A DNA stretch of 42,573 nucleotides from Methanotrichaceae archaeon (GCA_963803145.1 CAWDLW010000036.1:1-42573), one strand, 5' to 3'. Shown: positions 1 to 11,899, numbered from the stretch's first letter. Translations and numbers: made by a program. The notes: generated from the sequence alone by a model not told the origin.

Positions 1-1413
1 TTCTGCGGATGCAATCAAAGTTACAGCGAATGATACCAAAAATGCCTCATGAGTACCCATCTCGAAGTCTGCTAGGGCTTGCGGCGTGCTGCTCATGCCC
101 CCGCCGTAAAGAAAGACATGAAACATAATATCCAATGGTATTCGGCTGAGCACCAAAGGAAAAGCTATGGCTATGCTGAGCATCTGTCCAGTGTTCATTA
201 GCATTGCGTTGGTGCCGGCCGCCATACCCCTCTGTCCCGGCTGGACTGAAGACATGATAGCGTTCATATTGGGAGAAGCGAAAAGTCCTGAACCGCCGCC
301 CATCAGCGCCATGAACACAGCTAGAATCCAGTAAGATGTAGTGCTGACAACTGTGCTCAGGCCAGCCAATCCTAAAGCGGATACTAATAGCCCTGCCGTA
401 GCCAACCCCCTTGAGCCATATCTATCCGAGAGATGCCCTGAAACGGGTCCTACAAGCATGAAGGCCGCTCCGAAGGGGGCCATCATTATTCCTGCCCATA
501 GTGGATCAAGGCCATAAGGTCCCTGGAGGAAGAAGATCAGGATAAACAGCACTGCGCCCCTCGCAAGGCCATTTAGAGCATTGGCTGCGCAAGAATAGGC
601 GAATAACTTGTCCTGGAAAAGCTTAAAGTCCAGCATGGGTTGGCTTACACGCCTTTCCACGATAAAGAATGCAGTCAAGCCTAAAATAGCGCAAATAGAT
701 AAAGCATAGACGTAGCTTATACCAATCAACGGGAAGGCAATTAATGTAACTGCCAGCAATAGCGATCCCAGGCCGAGTGTAAAGGTGAGGCTGCCCATCC
801 AATCGAAGCGTTGGTTTGCAGCCAGGCTGACTGGTTCTCGCAGCTTAAGGAAGCCCCAGACAGTGCCAAAGATACCCAGAGGAACGTTGATCAGAAAAAC
901 CCATTGCCAGGATATGGCAGTCAAGATCCCGCCTATGACTGGTCCAAGCAGGAAGCCTGCTGCTAACGCGATCTGGTTCACGCCTAGCCCCAGTCCAATC
1001 CTGCCTTTTCGGAAAGCATCTGTTACTATGGCTGCACCATTTGTGAAGAGCATAGCGCCGCCAATGCCTTGGATAATGCGATAGATTACAAGATCCCTGC
1101 CGTGGAACTGGGGTTGAGAAAAGGCGCAGAGAAGAGATCCCAGCGTGAAGATTGCAAAGCCCAAGTTGTATAGGTTCTTGCGGCCGAACATGTCAGCTAA
1201 ACGTCCAACCACAGGTACAAGGGCCGTGGTGATGAGCATGAAGCTCAGGATCACCCACATTATGGTTATGAAATCAGTATCCAAATGGGTCAAGATCTCA
1301 GGTAACGCAATGAGCAGGGCTGAGCCCTGGATAGAAGCGAGAAGGGTGCCTATTGTAGTGACAGAGAGTGCAGTCCATTCGTACCCTTGCCAATTTTCGC
1401 TATCCTTATTCAT
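1..1413 (-). CDS. MFS transporter, DHA2 (EmrB/QacA-like) family; 3' end runs off the window
   Basis: Manual translation from ATG at 1413: MNKDSENWQGYEWTALSVTTIGTLLASIQGSALLIALP...VVGRLADMFGRKNLY (MFS motif A), followed by many hydrophobic segments. Missing from the ORF track because the stop lies outside the window. Confidence 0.9.
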   Translation of the reverse strand, partial: MNKDSENWQGYEWTALSVTTIGTLLASIQGSALLIALPEILTHLDTDFITIMWVILSFMLITTALVPVVGRLADMFGRKNLYNLGFAIFTLGSLLCAFSQPQFHGRDLVIYRIIQGIGGAMLFTNGAAIVTDAFRKGRIGLGLGVNQIALAAGFLLGPVIGGILTAISWQWVFLINVPLGIFGTVWGFLKLREPVSLAANQRFDWMGSLTFTLGLGSLLLAVTLIAFPLIGISYVYALSICAILGLTAFFIVERRVSQPMLDFKLFQDKLFAYSCAANALNGLARGAVLFILIFFLQGPYGLDPLWAGIMMAPFGAAFMLVGPVSGHLSDRYGSRGLATAGLLVSALGLAGLSTVVSTTSYWILAVFMALMGGGSGLFASPNMNAIMSSVQPGQRGMAAGTNAMLMNTGQMLSIAIAFPLVLSRIPLDIMFHVFLYGGGMSSTPQALADFEMGTHEAFLVSFAVTLIASAE

Positions 1414-1727
1414 ACTTGGATCTCCGCTATCGACGCCTAATTCGATCCTAGGGTGTCTTCACTCCTTGATTAACATATAGTACCTGTTTATAGACATATC
1501 CGCAGGATCTCAATATGCATGAAACTCTGGCTCTAAAAACCCTATAGTCTCATTTATTATATCGAATACACTGCTAGTTCGCAATGGGGCTTTCAAGATG
1601 CCATCGCATTAAGCCACGATCAATAACCGATCTATCCCTAAAGTAGATACAATATCAGGACTTTGAGGAAAGCCCAAGCTTATACAACAAGTTCAGAGTA
1701 TCGAGAAAAATGATAGGGGAAAGAAGA

Positions 1728-2510
1728 TCAAGTTGTAGTGTAGCCGCCATCAATTACTAGCTCGCTTCCAGTCACAAACTTTGCCTCATCAGATACCAAG
1801 TAGAGGACTCCATATGCTATGTCGTTCGGCTCGCCTATATGGCCTATCGGATGCCTTGCGTCCAGCTCCTTCTTAAGATCATCAATGCTCATCCCATACT
1901 TCACCGACTGCTCTTTGAGGAAGTTTTCCACCATCGGCGTCCAGATGAAACCAGGGTGCACAGAGTTGACGCGGATATTGTACTTGGCATACAGCAGCGC
2001 ATCTATCTTTGCCATGACGCGATCTGCCGCCTTTGTTGCATGATATGCGGGGACATCCGGCGCCCCGACTATGCCGTAGATGGAGGAGATATAGACAATG
2101 TTGCCGCTCTTCTGCCCGATCATATAAGGCACAACATATTTGGTGCATAGGAACGTGCCTGTAACGTTTACCTCGAAGACCTTCTCCCATTCGGCCCTCG
2201 TATACTCATGCGTCGGCTTATTCGGCCCAGAGATGCCTGCGTTATTCACAAGAACATCTATCCTGCCGTATTTGTCATAGACTGAGGTGGCGACCTCCTT
2301 TACCCTGTACTCATCTGTAACGTCCAAAGGATAGTACTCTGCCTTGCCGCCACTACTCTCTATCTCATCGACGCATTTTCTTCCCTCGTCCTGAGACCTG
2401 CCCGTGATTATGGAGATGGCGCCTTCCTTTGCAAGGATCTTGGCGATTGCTTCACCAATTCCATAAGTAGATCCAGTTACTATGGCCACCTTTCCTTCAA
2501 CTCTCCTCAT
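1728..2510 (-). CDS. Short-chain dehydrogenase/reductase (glucose 1-dehydrogenase/FabG-like)
   Basis: MRRVEGKVAIVTGSTYGIG (TGxxxGIG), NNAG, YHATK (YxxxK), NSVHPG, IDGG. Real start taken as ATG 2510 rather than 2984, which would overlap atpD. Confidence 0.92.
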   Translation of the reverse strand: MRRVEGKVAIVTGSTYGIGEAIAKILAKEGAISIITGRSQDEGRKCVDEIESSGGKAEYYPLDVTDEYRVKEVATSVYDKYGRIDVLVNNAGISGPNKPTHEYTRAEWEKVFEVNVTGTFLCTKYVVPYMIGQKSGNIVYISSIYGIVGAPDVPAYHATKAADRVMAKIDALLYAKYNIRVNSVHPGFIWTPMVENFLKEQSVKYGMSIDDLKKELDARHPIGHIGEPNDIAYGVLYLVSDEAKFVTGSELVIDGGYTTT

Positions 2511-2640
2511 CTTATCTGCTCCACGTAAAACTCCGTTCTTTACAGTAACAATATCTACATCCAGAGTATTATAATCTAACGAACAATCTCGCAAGCAAAA
2601 TCTATTAAGTTCAAGGCGATTGATCTGCATGACACATTGA

Positions 2641-4457
<1,817 letters not shown>

Positions 4458-4491
4458 ACGATGGGCACGACCAGGCGGGAAACGTAGCTAA

Positions 4492-4647
4492 ATGACGGAA
4501 TATGGACTAACGGTAGAATATGGACTAACGGTAGAATATGGACTAACGGTAGAATATGGACTAACGGTAGAATATGGACTAACGGTAGAATATGGACTAA
4601 CGGTAGAATATCGCCTAATGGTGGGATATGGTGGAACCAATGGATAA
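4492..4647 (+). CDS. Possible 51-aa repeat peptide MT(EYGLTV)6EYRLMVGYGGTNG
   Basis: Open frame through the tandem repeat. Its stop overlaps the ATG at 4640 of atpQ (ATGGATAA). Translation is unproven. Confidence 0.3.
   Translation: MTEYGLTVEYGLTVEYGLTVEYGLTVEYGLTVEYGLTVEYRLMVGYGGTNG
4498..4623 (+). repeat. Tandem repeat, 18-bp unit GAATATGGACTAACGGTA, 6 perfect copies (4498-4605) plus 1 degenerate copy
   Basis: Read directly. There are no spacers, so it is not a CRISPR array. Confidence 0.97.
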
Positions 4648-4945
4648 AGACAACGATGACTTCGTCGAGAGAATAGGCGAGAAGGAGGCTCGAAAAGTGA
4701 AGGCCCGAAGCACCAAAGACAAGGGCCTATGGTTCGGGCTCGGAACGATAGGAGTTATCGGATGGTCTGTAGCAATCCCAACACTGATTGGCGTCGCCAT
4801 AGGAGTCTGGCTGGATATCCACTATCCGGGGCAGATATCCTGGACGCTCACATTTTTATCCATTGGTCTCGCGATCGGCTGCATCAATGCTTGGTACTGG
4901 GTCAGCAGAGAGCAAAGCAAAATAGGAAGTGATGACAATGATTGA
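4628..4945 (+). CDS. atpQ: N-ATPase AtpQ (AtpZ/AtpI-like membrane protein)
   Basis: KEARK...WFGLGTIGVIGWSVAIPTLIG..G.WLD...SWTLT...GCINAWYWV is typical of AtpQ; operon position fits. Start may be 4640. Confidence 0.9.
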   Translation: MVEPMDKDNDDFVERIGEKEARKVKARSTKDKGLWFGLGTIGVIGWSVAIPTLIGVAIGVWLDIHYPGQISWTLTFLSIGLAIGCINAWYWVSREQSKIGSDDND

Positions 4946-5222
4946 GCCTTTGATGCTAGCTCTCAGCTTAGCTTTCGGTGCCGCCCTCGGGCTTTTCTAC
5001 TTCTACGGACTATGGCTTACATTGAGGCGTCTTTCCAGCTCCAAGCAGCCTGCGCTTCTGTCTCTGGGCAGCTTTCTGGGCAGATCGGCAATATGCATTC
5101 TGGGATTTTATCTGATCCTGGGAAGCGGCCTTGAGGCATTGATCTCAGGCCTCGTGGGCTTTATACTTGCAAAGGTCATATTGATCAAGAGCTTGGCTCT
5201 GGAGGGCAGATCGAATGGTTGA
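4929..5222 (+). CDS. atpR: N-ATPase AtpR subunit
   Basis: GAALGLFYFYGLWLT...SFLGR hydrophobic protein between atpQ and atpB. Confidence 0.88.
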   Translation: MMTMIEPLMLALSLAFGAALGLFYFYGLWLTLRRLSSSKQPALLSLGSFLGRSAICILGFYLILGSGLEALISGLVGFILAKVILIKSLALEGRSNG

Positions 5223-5922
5223 GATAAGCCCTGATGAGGTCGTGTTCTGGCAGTGGGGTTTTGTCAACATCAATGAGACAATCATCTTCACCTGGGCTGT
5301 GATGGCACTGCTCGTAATTCTAGCATGGCTGTCTACACGACGATTATCCGTTGAACCTCCTATCCCCCGTATGCAGAGCCTCATAGAGATAATAATCGGC
5401 TACATGAAGAGCCAGATAAGAGAGATCGCCCAGATGGACCCGGATAGATATCTGCCCTTTTCGGGGACCTTGTTCCTGTTCATCTCAATCGCCAATCTGC
5501 TCGACATCGTGCCCGGGTATAGGACGCCAACAGGATCCCTTTCCACAACCGCCGCACTAGCGATCTGTGTCTTCTTTGCTGTTCCGATTTATGGAATTGC
5601 ACAGCAAGGCGTAATCAGCTACCTAAAGCACTATGTTGAGCCCACGCCATTGATGCTGCCGTTCAACATTATTGGGGAGATCTCACGCACGCTGGCAATG
5701 GCTGTGAGGCTGTTCGGCAATATGATGAGCGAGAGCATGCTCATCGCCATTCTGCTTTCCATTGCGCCGCTATTCCTGCCGGTGCTGCTGGAATTGCTGG
5801 GCCTCTTGATCGGCCAGGTACAGGCATACATCTTTGGGGTGCTGGCAACTGTTTATATTGTTTCGGCAAGCTCAAACGAAGAAAGAAGAGAAACCGGTAA
5901 AGAATCTAAAGGAGTAACTTGA
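5215..5922 (+). CDS. atpB: N-type ATPase subunit a
   Basis: PFNIIGEISRTLAMAVRLFGNM, QVQAYIFGVLATVYI. Confidence 0.96.
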   Translation: MVEISPDEVVFWQWGFVNINETIIFTWAVMALLVILAWLSTRRLSVEPPIPRMQSLIEIIIGYMKSQIREIAQMDPDRYLPFSGTLFLFISIANLLDIVPGYRTPTGSLSTTAALAICVFFAVPIYGIAQQGVISYLKHYVEPTPLMLPFNIIGEISRTLAMAVRLFGNMMSESMLIAILLSIAPLFLPVLLELLGLLIGQVQAYIFGVLATVYIVSASSNEERRETGKESKGVT

Positions 5923-5923
5923 T

Positions 5924-6190
5924 ATGGCTACCGTAGATACTATTGGCATGGCTTCAATAATCGCCGCCGGAGTGACCATGGCTATAGGCTCCATCGGGCC
6001 TGCGATTGGCGAAGGCTGGGCGCTTTCTCGTGCTCTTGCAGCCATTGCACAGCAGCCTGATGAGGCTAACACAATAACACGGACATTATTCGTAGGTCTC
6101 GCAATGGTGGAGTCCATTGCAATTTATTGCTTCGTGATATCAATAATTCTAATATTCGCTAATCCTTTCTGGAGCTATGTGGCAAAGTAG
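5924..6190 (+). CDS. atpE: N-type ATPase subunit c
   Basis: GSIGPAIGEG...AIAQQPD...TRTLFVGLAMVESIAIY...ILIFANPFW. Confidence 0.96.
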   Translation: MATVDTIGMASIIAAGVTMAIGSIGPAIGEGWALSRALAAIAQQPDEANTITRTLFVGLAMVESIAIYCFVISIILIFANPFWSYVAK

Positions 6191-6199
6191 GAGGACGGC

Positions 6200-6991
6200 G
6201 TGCTCATCGATTATTTCACAACAATCGCACAGATCATTAACTTCTTAGTTCTGGTCTTCCTGCTGAGGCACTTCCTCTACAGGCCGATTATCAAAGCCAT
6301 GAATGAGCGGGAGCAGAAGATAGCCGACCGGTTAAAAGAGGCAGAGGATAAGAAAAAGGAGGCTGAGCAGGAGGAGGCATCTTATCGCAAAATGAAGCAA
6401 GAGATGGCAGGGATGCATGATGCAATGATTGCCAAAGCCACAGAGGAGGTGCAGGCGTTTCAAGCTGATCTAATCAAAAAAGCACGTGAAGATGTTGCTA
6501 AAACCAAAGAAGATTGGTACGAGGCATTCCTGCGTCAGAAGGACGCATTTCTCGCTGATGTCACCGCTCAGGCAGGCAAAGAAGTGTATGCAGTCTCCCG
6601 CCGTGCCATTAGAGATCTGGCCGATGAAGAACTTGAACGCCAGGTAATAGAGACCTTCCTGAAGCGCCTGGAAAACGTGGATGAATACGATAAGGATAAG
6701 TTAAAAAACTTTTATGAAAAGCTGAAGCAGAAAGGGGAGCAAACGATTACTGTAAAAAGCACATTTCAAATTCCAGATGACTTGAAAAATAGAATTCAAG
6801 AAATTTTGCGGCGTCAGTCTGGTTCTGACGTGAAATTACAGTACGAAATTGATCCAAATCTGATATCAGGGATTGAGCTGCGCTCGAATGATATAAAGAT
6901 CGCATGGAGTATTGCGAGCTACCTCGATGATCTTGAGAACAATCTGTCACAGGAGCTTGATCAAAAGGTTGAGGCTGAAAAGGCAGGCTAG
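6200..6991 (+). CDS. atpF: N-type ATPase subunit b (b-delta fusion type)
   Basis: IDYFTTIAQIINFLVLVFLLRHFLYRPI, coiled coil, C-terminal LISGIEL...WSIASYL typical of N-ATPase AtpF. No separate atpH. Confidence 0.94.
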   Translation: MLIDYFTTIAQIINFLVLVFLLRHFLYRPIIKAMNEREQKIADRLKEAEDKKKEAEQEEASYRKMKQEMAGMHDAMIAKATEEVQAFQADLIKKAREDVAKTKEDWYEAFLRQKDAFLADVTAQAGKEVYAVSRRAIRDLADEELERQVIETFLKRLENVDEYDKDKLKNFYEKLKQKGEQTITVKSTFQIPDDLKNRIQEILRRQSGSDVKLQYEIDPNLISGIELRSNDIKIAWSIASYLDDLENNLSQELDQKVEAEKAG

Positions 6992-7004
6992 ATGAGGCTT
7001 TGAG

Positions 7005-8516
7005 ATGGAGAACAAAGAGATAGGTGAATCTTTAAAGGGCACATTCTCAGCGCTCGACCGTTCGCTAGAGAGCTACCAGCCTCGGCTGTTGCTTGAAGAA
7101 GTCGGATCTATATCCTTCGTTGGAAGCGGGATCGTCCGCATCAAAGGCCTGCCTCAAGTGAGGTCTGACGAGATCATAATCTTCCCAAACAATGAGCTGG
7201 GAATAGCCTTCAACTTGGACCCTGATGAGGTCTCAGTTATAATGCTCGACCCGAGCGAGAAGATCAAAGCCGGACAGGAGGTTCGCCGGACAGGAAGGGT
7301 GATGGATGTACCTGTGGGCGAGGAGCTTCTCGGACGGGTGGTGGACGCTATGGGAAGGCCACTTGATGAAGGCCAGCCCCTTCGAACATCGGAAAGACGG
7401 CCAATAGAAAGGGTGGCTCCGGGCATCATGGACCGTGCGCCTGTAAATGTTCCTCTCCAGACGGGAATCCTTGTTGTGGATGCCATGATCCCAGTCGGCA
7501 GAGGCCAGAGGGAGCTGATATTGGGCGACCGCCAGACAGGAAAGACATCCATCGCCCTTGATGCCATAATCAACCAGAGCGACAAAGGTGTTGTTTGTGT
7601 CTACTGTGCGATCGGACAGCAAAGGGCGTCAGTTGCAAGGGTGATTGCAGACCTGAAAACGCACGACGCCATGAAAAACAGCGTTGTTGTCGTCGCTTCC
7701 GCTGAGGACCCGCCAGGCCTGAACTTCGCTGCCCCCTATGCCGCTACCACAGTAGCCGAGTACTTCATGGAAAAGGGGCAGGATGTTTTGATAGTATACG
7801 ATGATTTAACCCGACATGCACGCTCCTATAGGGAACTCTCGCTTCTGCTAAGGAGGCCGCCTGGAAGAGAAGCATACCCAGGAGATATATTCTATATCCA
7901 TTCCCGTCTTTTAGAACGGTCCACGCACCTTCTCAAGGGCGGCTCTCTTACTGCTTTGCCGATTATCGAAACTGAGGCCCAGGATATCTCTGCATACATT
8001 CCGACGAACCTCATTTCGATCACCGATGGCCAGATCTATCTCTCCCCGCAGCTTTACGAGGAAGGCGTTCTGCCCGCTGTGGATGTGGGCAAGTCAGTCT
8101 CACGTGTAGGCGGTAAGAGCCAGCTTCCAGCCTACCGTGAGGCTGCAGGCGACCTGCGCCTGACTTACTCGCAGTTCGAAGAGCTGGAAACCTTTGTCAG
8201 ATTCGGCACAAGGCTAGACGAGGAGACGAGAAGAATACTCGAAAGGGGGAAGCGTATCCGTGAGGTCCTGAAGCAGCCGAGGTATGATCCAATACCAGCA
8301 CCTGAGCAGATCGCAATCCTCCTGGCAGTGACATCAGGCGTCCTGGATGAGGTTCCTCTCGATAAGATTACGCTCGCAAAGGATAAGATCAGAAAAGCCT
8401 TTCCAGTGCGGCTCCCAGAGGTACATAAGCGCATTGAATCTGCCCAGAAGCTCAGCCCTGAGGACCGTGAGCTGATTCTGAATATGTCCAGAGAAGTTAT
8501 CAAGAGCGATCAATGA
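7005..8516 (+). CDS. atpA: N-type F-ATPase subunit alpha
   Basis: [46 protein letters not shown]. Confidence 0.97.
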   Translation: MENKEIGESLKGTFSALDRSLESYQPRLLLEEVGSISFVGSGIVRIKGLPQVRSDEIIIFPNNELGIAFNLDPDEVSVIMLDPSEKIKAGQEVRRTGRVMDVPVGEELLGRVVDAMGRPLDEGQPLRTSERRPIERVAPGIMDRAPVNVPLQTGILVVDAMIPVGRGQRELILGDRQTGKTSIALDAIINQSDKGVVCVYCAIGQQRASVARVIADLKTHDAMKNSVVVVASAEDPPGLNFAAPYAATTVAEYFMEKGQDVLIVYDDLTRHARSYRELSLLLRRPPGREAYPGDIFYIHSRLLERSTHLLKGGSLTALPIIETEAQDISAYIPTNLISITDGQIYLSPQLYEEGVLPAVDVGKSVSRVGGKSQLPAYREAAGDLRLTYSQFEELETFVRFGTRLDEETRRILERGKRIREVLKQPRYDPIPAPEQIAILLAVTSGVLDEVPLDKITLAKDKIRKAFPVRLPEVHKRIESAQKLSPEDRELILNMSREVIKSDQ

Positions 8517-8537
8517 TTTACGTTAGCGCGAACTACC

Positions 8538-8759
8538 TTATGCTGAAAGCCATTCCTCCCGGCTGATCTCACCCTGCCTCAAAATCTTCATAATTAGATC
8601 AGCGCTTATATCCCCTCTATGAGGATTGGGAATCATCACCCTGGTCGTCCCTCTCAACATGATGGGATGAGGGCCTCTGCCTGTGAAAGGGCCCTCGAAA
8701 CCAAGCAATTTTAGCCGCTTAACTAGCTCATTCCAGGAGACCGGTGTCAGTCTGGACAA
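8538..8759 (-). CDS. hicA: HicA-family toxin (apparently intact)
   Basis: LVKRLKLLGFEGP..GRGPHPIM...IPNPHRGDI...ILRQ; directly downstream of hicB. Confidence 0.85.
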   Translation of the reverse strand: MSRLTPVSWNELVKRLKLLGFEGPFTGRGPHPIMLRGTTRVMIPNPHRGDISADLIMKILRQGEISREEWLSA

Positions 8760-8765
8760 ATGGCA

Positions 8766-9008
8766 TCAAGCCTCGGCAGGCACTTCTATCTTGCAGCCTT
8801 CAATTGCTGGTATGGGCAGGTTAAACCGCAAGCTTAAAGCTATCCAATCCTCGATGGCCATTCGCAGGTTCTCATGGCATTCCTCAGGGGTCTTTCCCGT
8901 TGCCCAGACACCTTTCAGTTCAGGGACCTCGCCATAGTAAGGCTCCTCATCCTCAATGACCTCATAGATTGCTTTGGACATCGCCGCTTGAATATACTCG
9001 CAGAACAT
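8766..9008 (-). CDS. hicB: HicB-family antitoxin
   Basis: YYGEVPELKGVWATGKTPEECHENLRMAIEDW...PIP. Confidence 0.88.
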   Translation of the reverse strand: MFCEYIQAAMSKAIYEVIEDEEPYYGEVPELKGVWATGKTPEECHENLRMAIEDWIALSLRFNLPIPAIEGCKIEVPAEA

Positions 9009-9242
9009 ATCAGCATTCTATTGCTTGGCCATGGATATAATCTTCTCCATTTCTAAGAGTGATACATAGTGGAGAGATTTGAAGGAGGGGTGCCGTGACC
9101 CATTCACCCTGTTCTATTGATGTTTTTCATGTGAAGAACGATGAATGAACCTGAGACTAAGGCATGGAAGGCGTAAGGCAAAAAAGCTGGAGGAAACATT
9201 ATAGTCTTATCGGATTTTTAGGGGTCCGAAATATGTCCAAAG

Positions 9243-10163
9243 ATGCCCTCAAAAGCGAGAGTGAAGAGGATGGAAGAGCTGGAAAGGCTGAAGTCAAAGA
9301 TTAAAAATGCCAGCGAGCTGCAGTCGGTCGTAAAAATAATGAAGATGATCTCTGCTGCCAACATCCGTGAGTACGGCCAAGCTGCAGAATCGCTGATGGA
9401 GTACAATAAGACGATAGAGATGGGCCTTCAGGTAGTAATGCTAAATAACCCTGAGGCATTTCTGGCTATGAGGCCAGCTGAGGAAGAGAAGCGGCTTGGG
9501 GTCGTTGTCTTCGGCTCAGATCAGGGGCTTGCAGGAAGGTTCAACGAGCAGATCGCAGGCTACGCTATCAGTAAGATAAACGAGATAGATAACAAAGAGC
9601 GAATAGCTCTGGCAGTAGGCGAGCGTGTTGTCTCTCTGTTAGAGAGTGAGGGCTTGCGTGTAGAGACACATTTATCTTTTTTCGAAAAAACCATGGGGAT
9701 CACCCAAGTCATGACTGATGTGCTCATCAATATTGAGGAATGGCGGCTACGAAGAGGGATAAATCAGATAATCCTTTTTTATAATAGGCCGACCTCCGGA
9801 GCATCCTTCGCTCCTCAGATGAGCTATCTATTTCCTCTGGATTTGAACTGGCTCAAAAGCCTTTCGCAGAAAAAGTGGCCATCTCGATCCCTGCCCACGT
9901 TCTCGATGGATGCAGATAAGCTTTTTTCATCTCTTATGAGGCAGTACCTTTTCTTTTCGCTTTACCGAGCTTTCGTTGAATCGCTCGCAAGCGAGAATGC
10001 CAGCAGGCTGATGGCTATGCAGATGGCAGAGAGAAATATCGGAGAGCATCTGAATGAGCTTACAGTTCAATTTCATAGGCGGCGCCAGGAGGCGATATCG
10101 GAAGAGCTGCTGGATGTGGTGACGGGGTTTGAGGCGCTGACGGGCGATGAGAGCAAAGGGTGA
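9243..10163 (+). CDS. atpG: N-type F-ATPase subunit gamma
   Basis: LQSVVKIMK, GSDQGLAGRFN, SLASENASRLMAMQMAERNI, RQEAISEELLDVVTG. Start may be ATG 9270. Confidence 0.96.
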   Translation: MPSKARVKRMEELERLKSKIKNASELQSVVKIMKMISAANIREYGQAAESLMEYNKTIEMGLQVVMLNNPEAFLAMRPAEEEKRLGVVVFGSDQGLAGRFNEQIAGYAISKINEIDNKERIALAVGERVVSLLESEGLRVETHLSFFEKTMGITQVMTDVLINIEEWRLRRGINQIILFYNRPTSGASFAPQMSYLFPLDLNWLKSLSQKKWPSRSLPTFSMDADKLFSSLMRQYLFFSLYRAFVESLASENASRLMAMQMAERNIGEHLNELTVQFHRRRQEAISEELLDVVTGFEALTGDESKG

Positions 10164-10232
10164 GTTTATCAAATTGAGACAAATCTATCAAAAGAGCTTG
10201 TAAGCAGCAAGGCAAGAGTCTTCCGTTTCTCA

Positions 10233-10436
10233 GTGGTGATCGAGAAGGACAAAGAAGGATACTTCGCCTTCTCTCCTGAACTCCAGGGGTGCTATGTTCA
10301 GGGCGACACCTATGAAGAAGCCCTTGAGAATATCAGGGATGCCATACACCTTCATGTAGAGGATCGGCTGGAAAGCGGTGAAGAGATTCCTCAGCCCGAA
10401 TCTATCAGCTTAACCTCGCTGGAAATCACAGTATGA
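10233..10436 (+). CDS. hicB: HicB-family antitoxin
   Basis: VIEKDKEGYFAFSPELQGCYVQGDTYEEALENIRDAI; start codon uncertain. Confidence 0.85.
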   Translation: MVIEKDKEGYFAFSPELQGCYVQGDTYEEALENIRDAIHLHVEDRLESGEEIPQPESISLTSLEITV

Positions 10437-10525
10437 CGGATAAGCTTCCAAGAGTGACCGCAGGCGAGGCGATCAGAGTGTTAGAGAAAGTTGGTTTCTT
10501 CCTGGCTCGTCAAAGCGGGGGCTAA
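10433..10525 (+). pseudogene. hicA: Truncated hicA toxin (stops just before the GSH histidine)
   Basis: MTDKLPRVTAGEAIRVLEKVGFFLARQSGG*; ATGA overlap with the hicB stop. Confidence 0.8.
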
Positions 10526-10758
10526 CCCTTGGCGATCTTCTTTACGTCCTCGAAAGAATAGGTTTTGGTCTTACCGGACTAGATATCTTCCATCTCTATC
10601 TCGACCGCCTTGTGCACCAGGGACTGCTCTTCTTCCTCGATTATCCTCTCGTAGGCAAGGATGGACTGACGGATTACCTCGTTCTGGCTTCCTGCATAGC
10701 CTTTCTCAATAATGCGCTTTATGGCTGCCTCGTATGGCGCACCTAGATTGAGGTTCAT
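10522..10758 (-). pseudogene. RHH/CopG-like putative antitoxin with an in-frame TAG
   Basis: MNLNLGAPYEAAIKRIIEKGYAGSQNEVIRQSILAYE...EMEDI*SGKTKTYSFEDVKKIAKG*. The sequence after the TAG (10579-10581) continues like a typical antitoxin C-terminus. Confidence 0.6.
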
Positions 10759-10917
10759 GATGTAGCATTCAATACACATTTAATGAGCATTAAAGCATAT
10801 AAGCGTTGTTCGTTAGCTGCGTTTGCACCAATACTGATGCATGGGAGCGTAAGTTTTTAAATTCCAGTAAGAAGCACCAGGATTATTTATAAATTCTAGC
10901 GGAACTACAATCTTCCA

Positions 10918-11139
10918 ATGAAATACACAGTCATCTTGGAACCTCAGGAGGAGGGCGGATTCACTGCCCGCTGCGTGGAACTTCCGGGGGCAATCAGCCA
11001 GGGCGAGACAAAGTCAGAAGCCCTGGAGAACATAAAAGAGGCCATCGGGCTGATCCTGGAGGTGCTGCGAGAAGATCTGGAAAGCCTGAATCGTGGGAAA
11101 GCCGAGGTCTTTAAGGTAGAGCTCGCCGATGTCTGCTAG
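10918..11139 (+). CDS. hicB: HicB-family antitoxin
   Basis: MKYTVILEPQEEGGFTARCVELPGAISQGETKSEALENIKEAI. Confidence 0.92.
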   Translation: MKYTVILEPQEEGGFTARCVELPGAISQGETKSEALENIKEAIGLILEVLREDLESLNRGKAEVFKVELADVC

Positions 11140-11337
11140 GCTGCCTCTCCTCTCCGGAACGAAGTTGATCAAAATCTTGGTCCAAAAAGGATTCATCATC
11201 AGGCGGCAGTCTGGAAGCCATGTTGCTATGCAAAAGGACGAGCGGTCTTCGCGGTTCCTCTGCACAGTGAGTTGAAGAAAGGAACATTGAAAGCGATTCT
11301 AAAGCAGGCTGGGCCGAATGTCGAAGATTTGAGATGA
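11129..11337 (+). pseudogene. hicA: hicA toxin with a 1-nt frameshift
   Basis: MSARLPLLSGTKLIKILVQKGFIIRRQSGSHVAMQKDER, then in another frame VFAVPLHSELKKGTLKAILKQAG...*. Confidence 0.85.
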
Positions 11338-11398
11338 ATATCAATATCATAATACTATTATTTATCTATTCTTTGCCGTCAACCTTATCTTGCTCTAA

Positions 11399-11899
11399 TT
11401 AGTGGTAATCAATCCGTTCTGGCTTCCAGACAGTGATCCATTCGACTCTGTCAAAATCAGAATCATTCGTGGCAATATACTTCAGTTTATTAGCCCTCAT
11501 TGCATAGAGATTCAAGGAATCATTCGTCAAAAGATTGTGCTTCTTTCTTAATTCTCCACTTTCGAATATCGCTTCTCTTTCAATTGGCAGGATCTCGATG
11601 TTGTAATCCGGTATTTCCCCAACTGCCGCCTCACATTTATTCAACTCGGATATCAGCTCCGGACGTTTCTTGAGAAAGCGAACAGCATCATGGGGCTTGA
11701 CTCCAAACTTCTCGGCCGCTTCAGTGATCATCAGCTTATGCAATACCTCAGCCAGAACCACTGTTGATGCATAGGCTCGAATCTCAAGTTCTTCGGCCAT
11801 CTCCAAGAGGGATCTGCAAGGTTCTGATTGACCAAGGAAATGGTAGATGAAGATATTCGAGTCTATGAATATCCTGGTACCTTGAGGTATGCTTAGCAT
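11399..11899 (-). CDS. vapC: PIN-domain (VapC) toxin
   Basis: IFIDSNIFIY, VLAEV, LLTNDSL, IATNDSDFDRV. Confidence 0.9.
   Translation of the reverse strand: MLSIPQGTRIFIDSNIFIYHFLGQSEPCRSLLEMAEELEIRAYASTVVLAEVLHKLMITEAAEKFGVKPHDAVRFLKKRPELISELNKCEAAVGEIPDYNIEILPIEREAIFESGELRKKHNLLTNDSLNLYAMRANKLKYIATNDSDFDRVEWITVWKPERIDYH

Noticed and set aside
785-1480. Plus-strand ORFs 785-1084 and 1145-1480
   Set aside because: They are shadows of the minus-strand MFS gene. The same applies to most short antisense ORFs over the atp, kinase, transposase and PLD genes.
4498-4623. 18-bp repeat array as a CRISPR array
   Set aside because: The units are contiguous with no spacers, too short, and there are no cas genes nearby.
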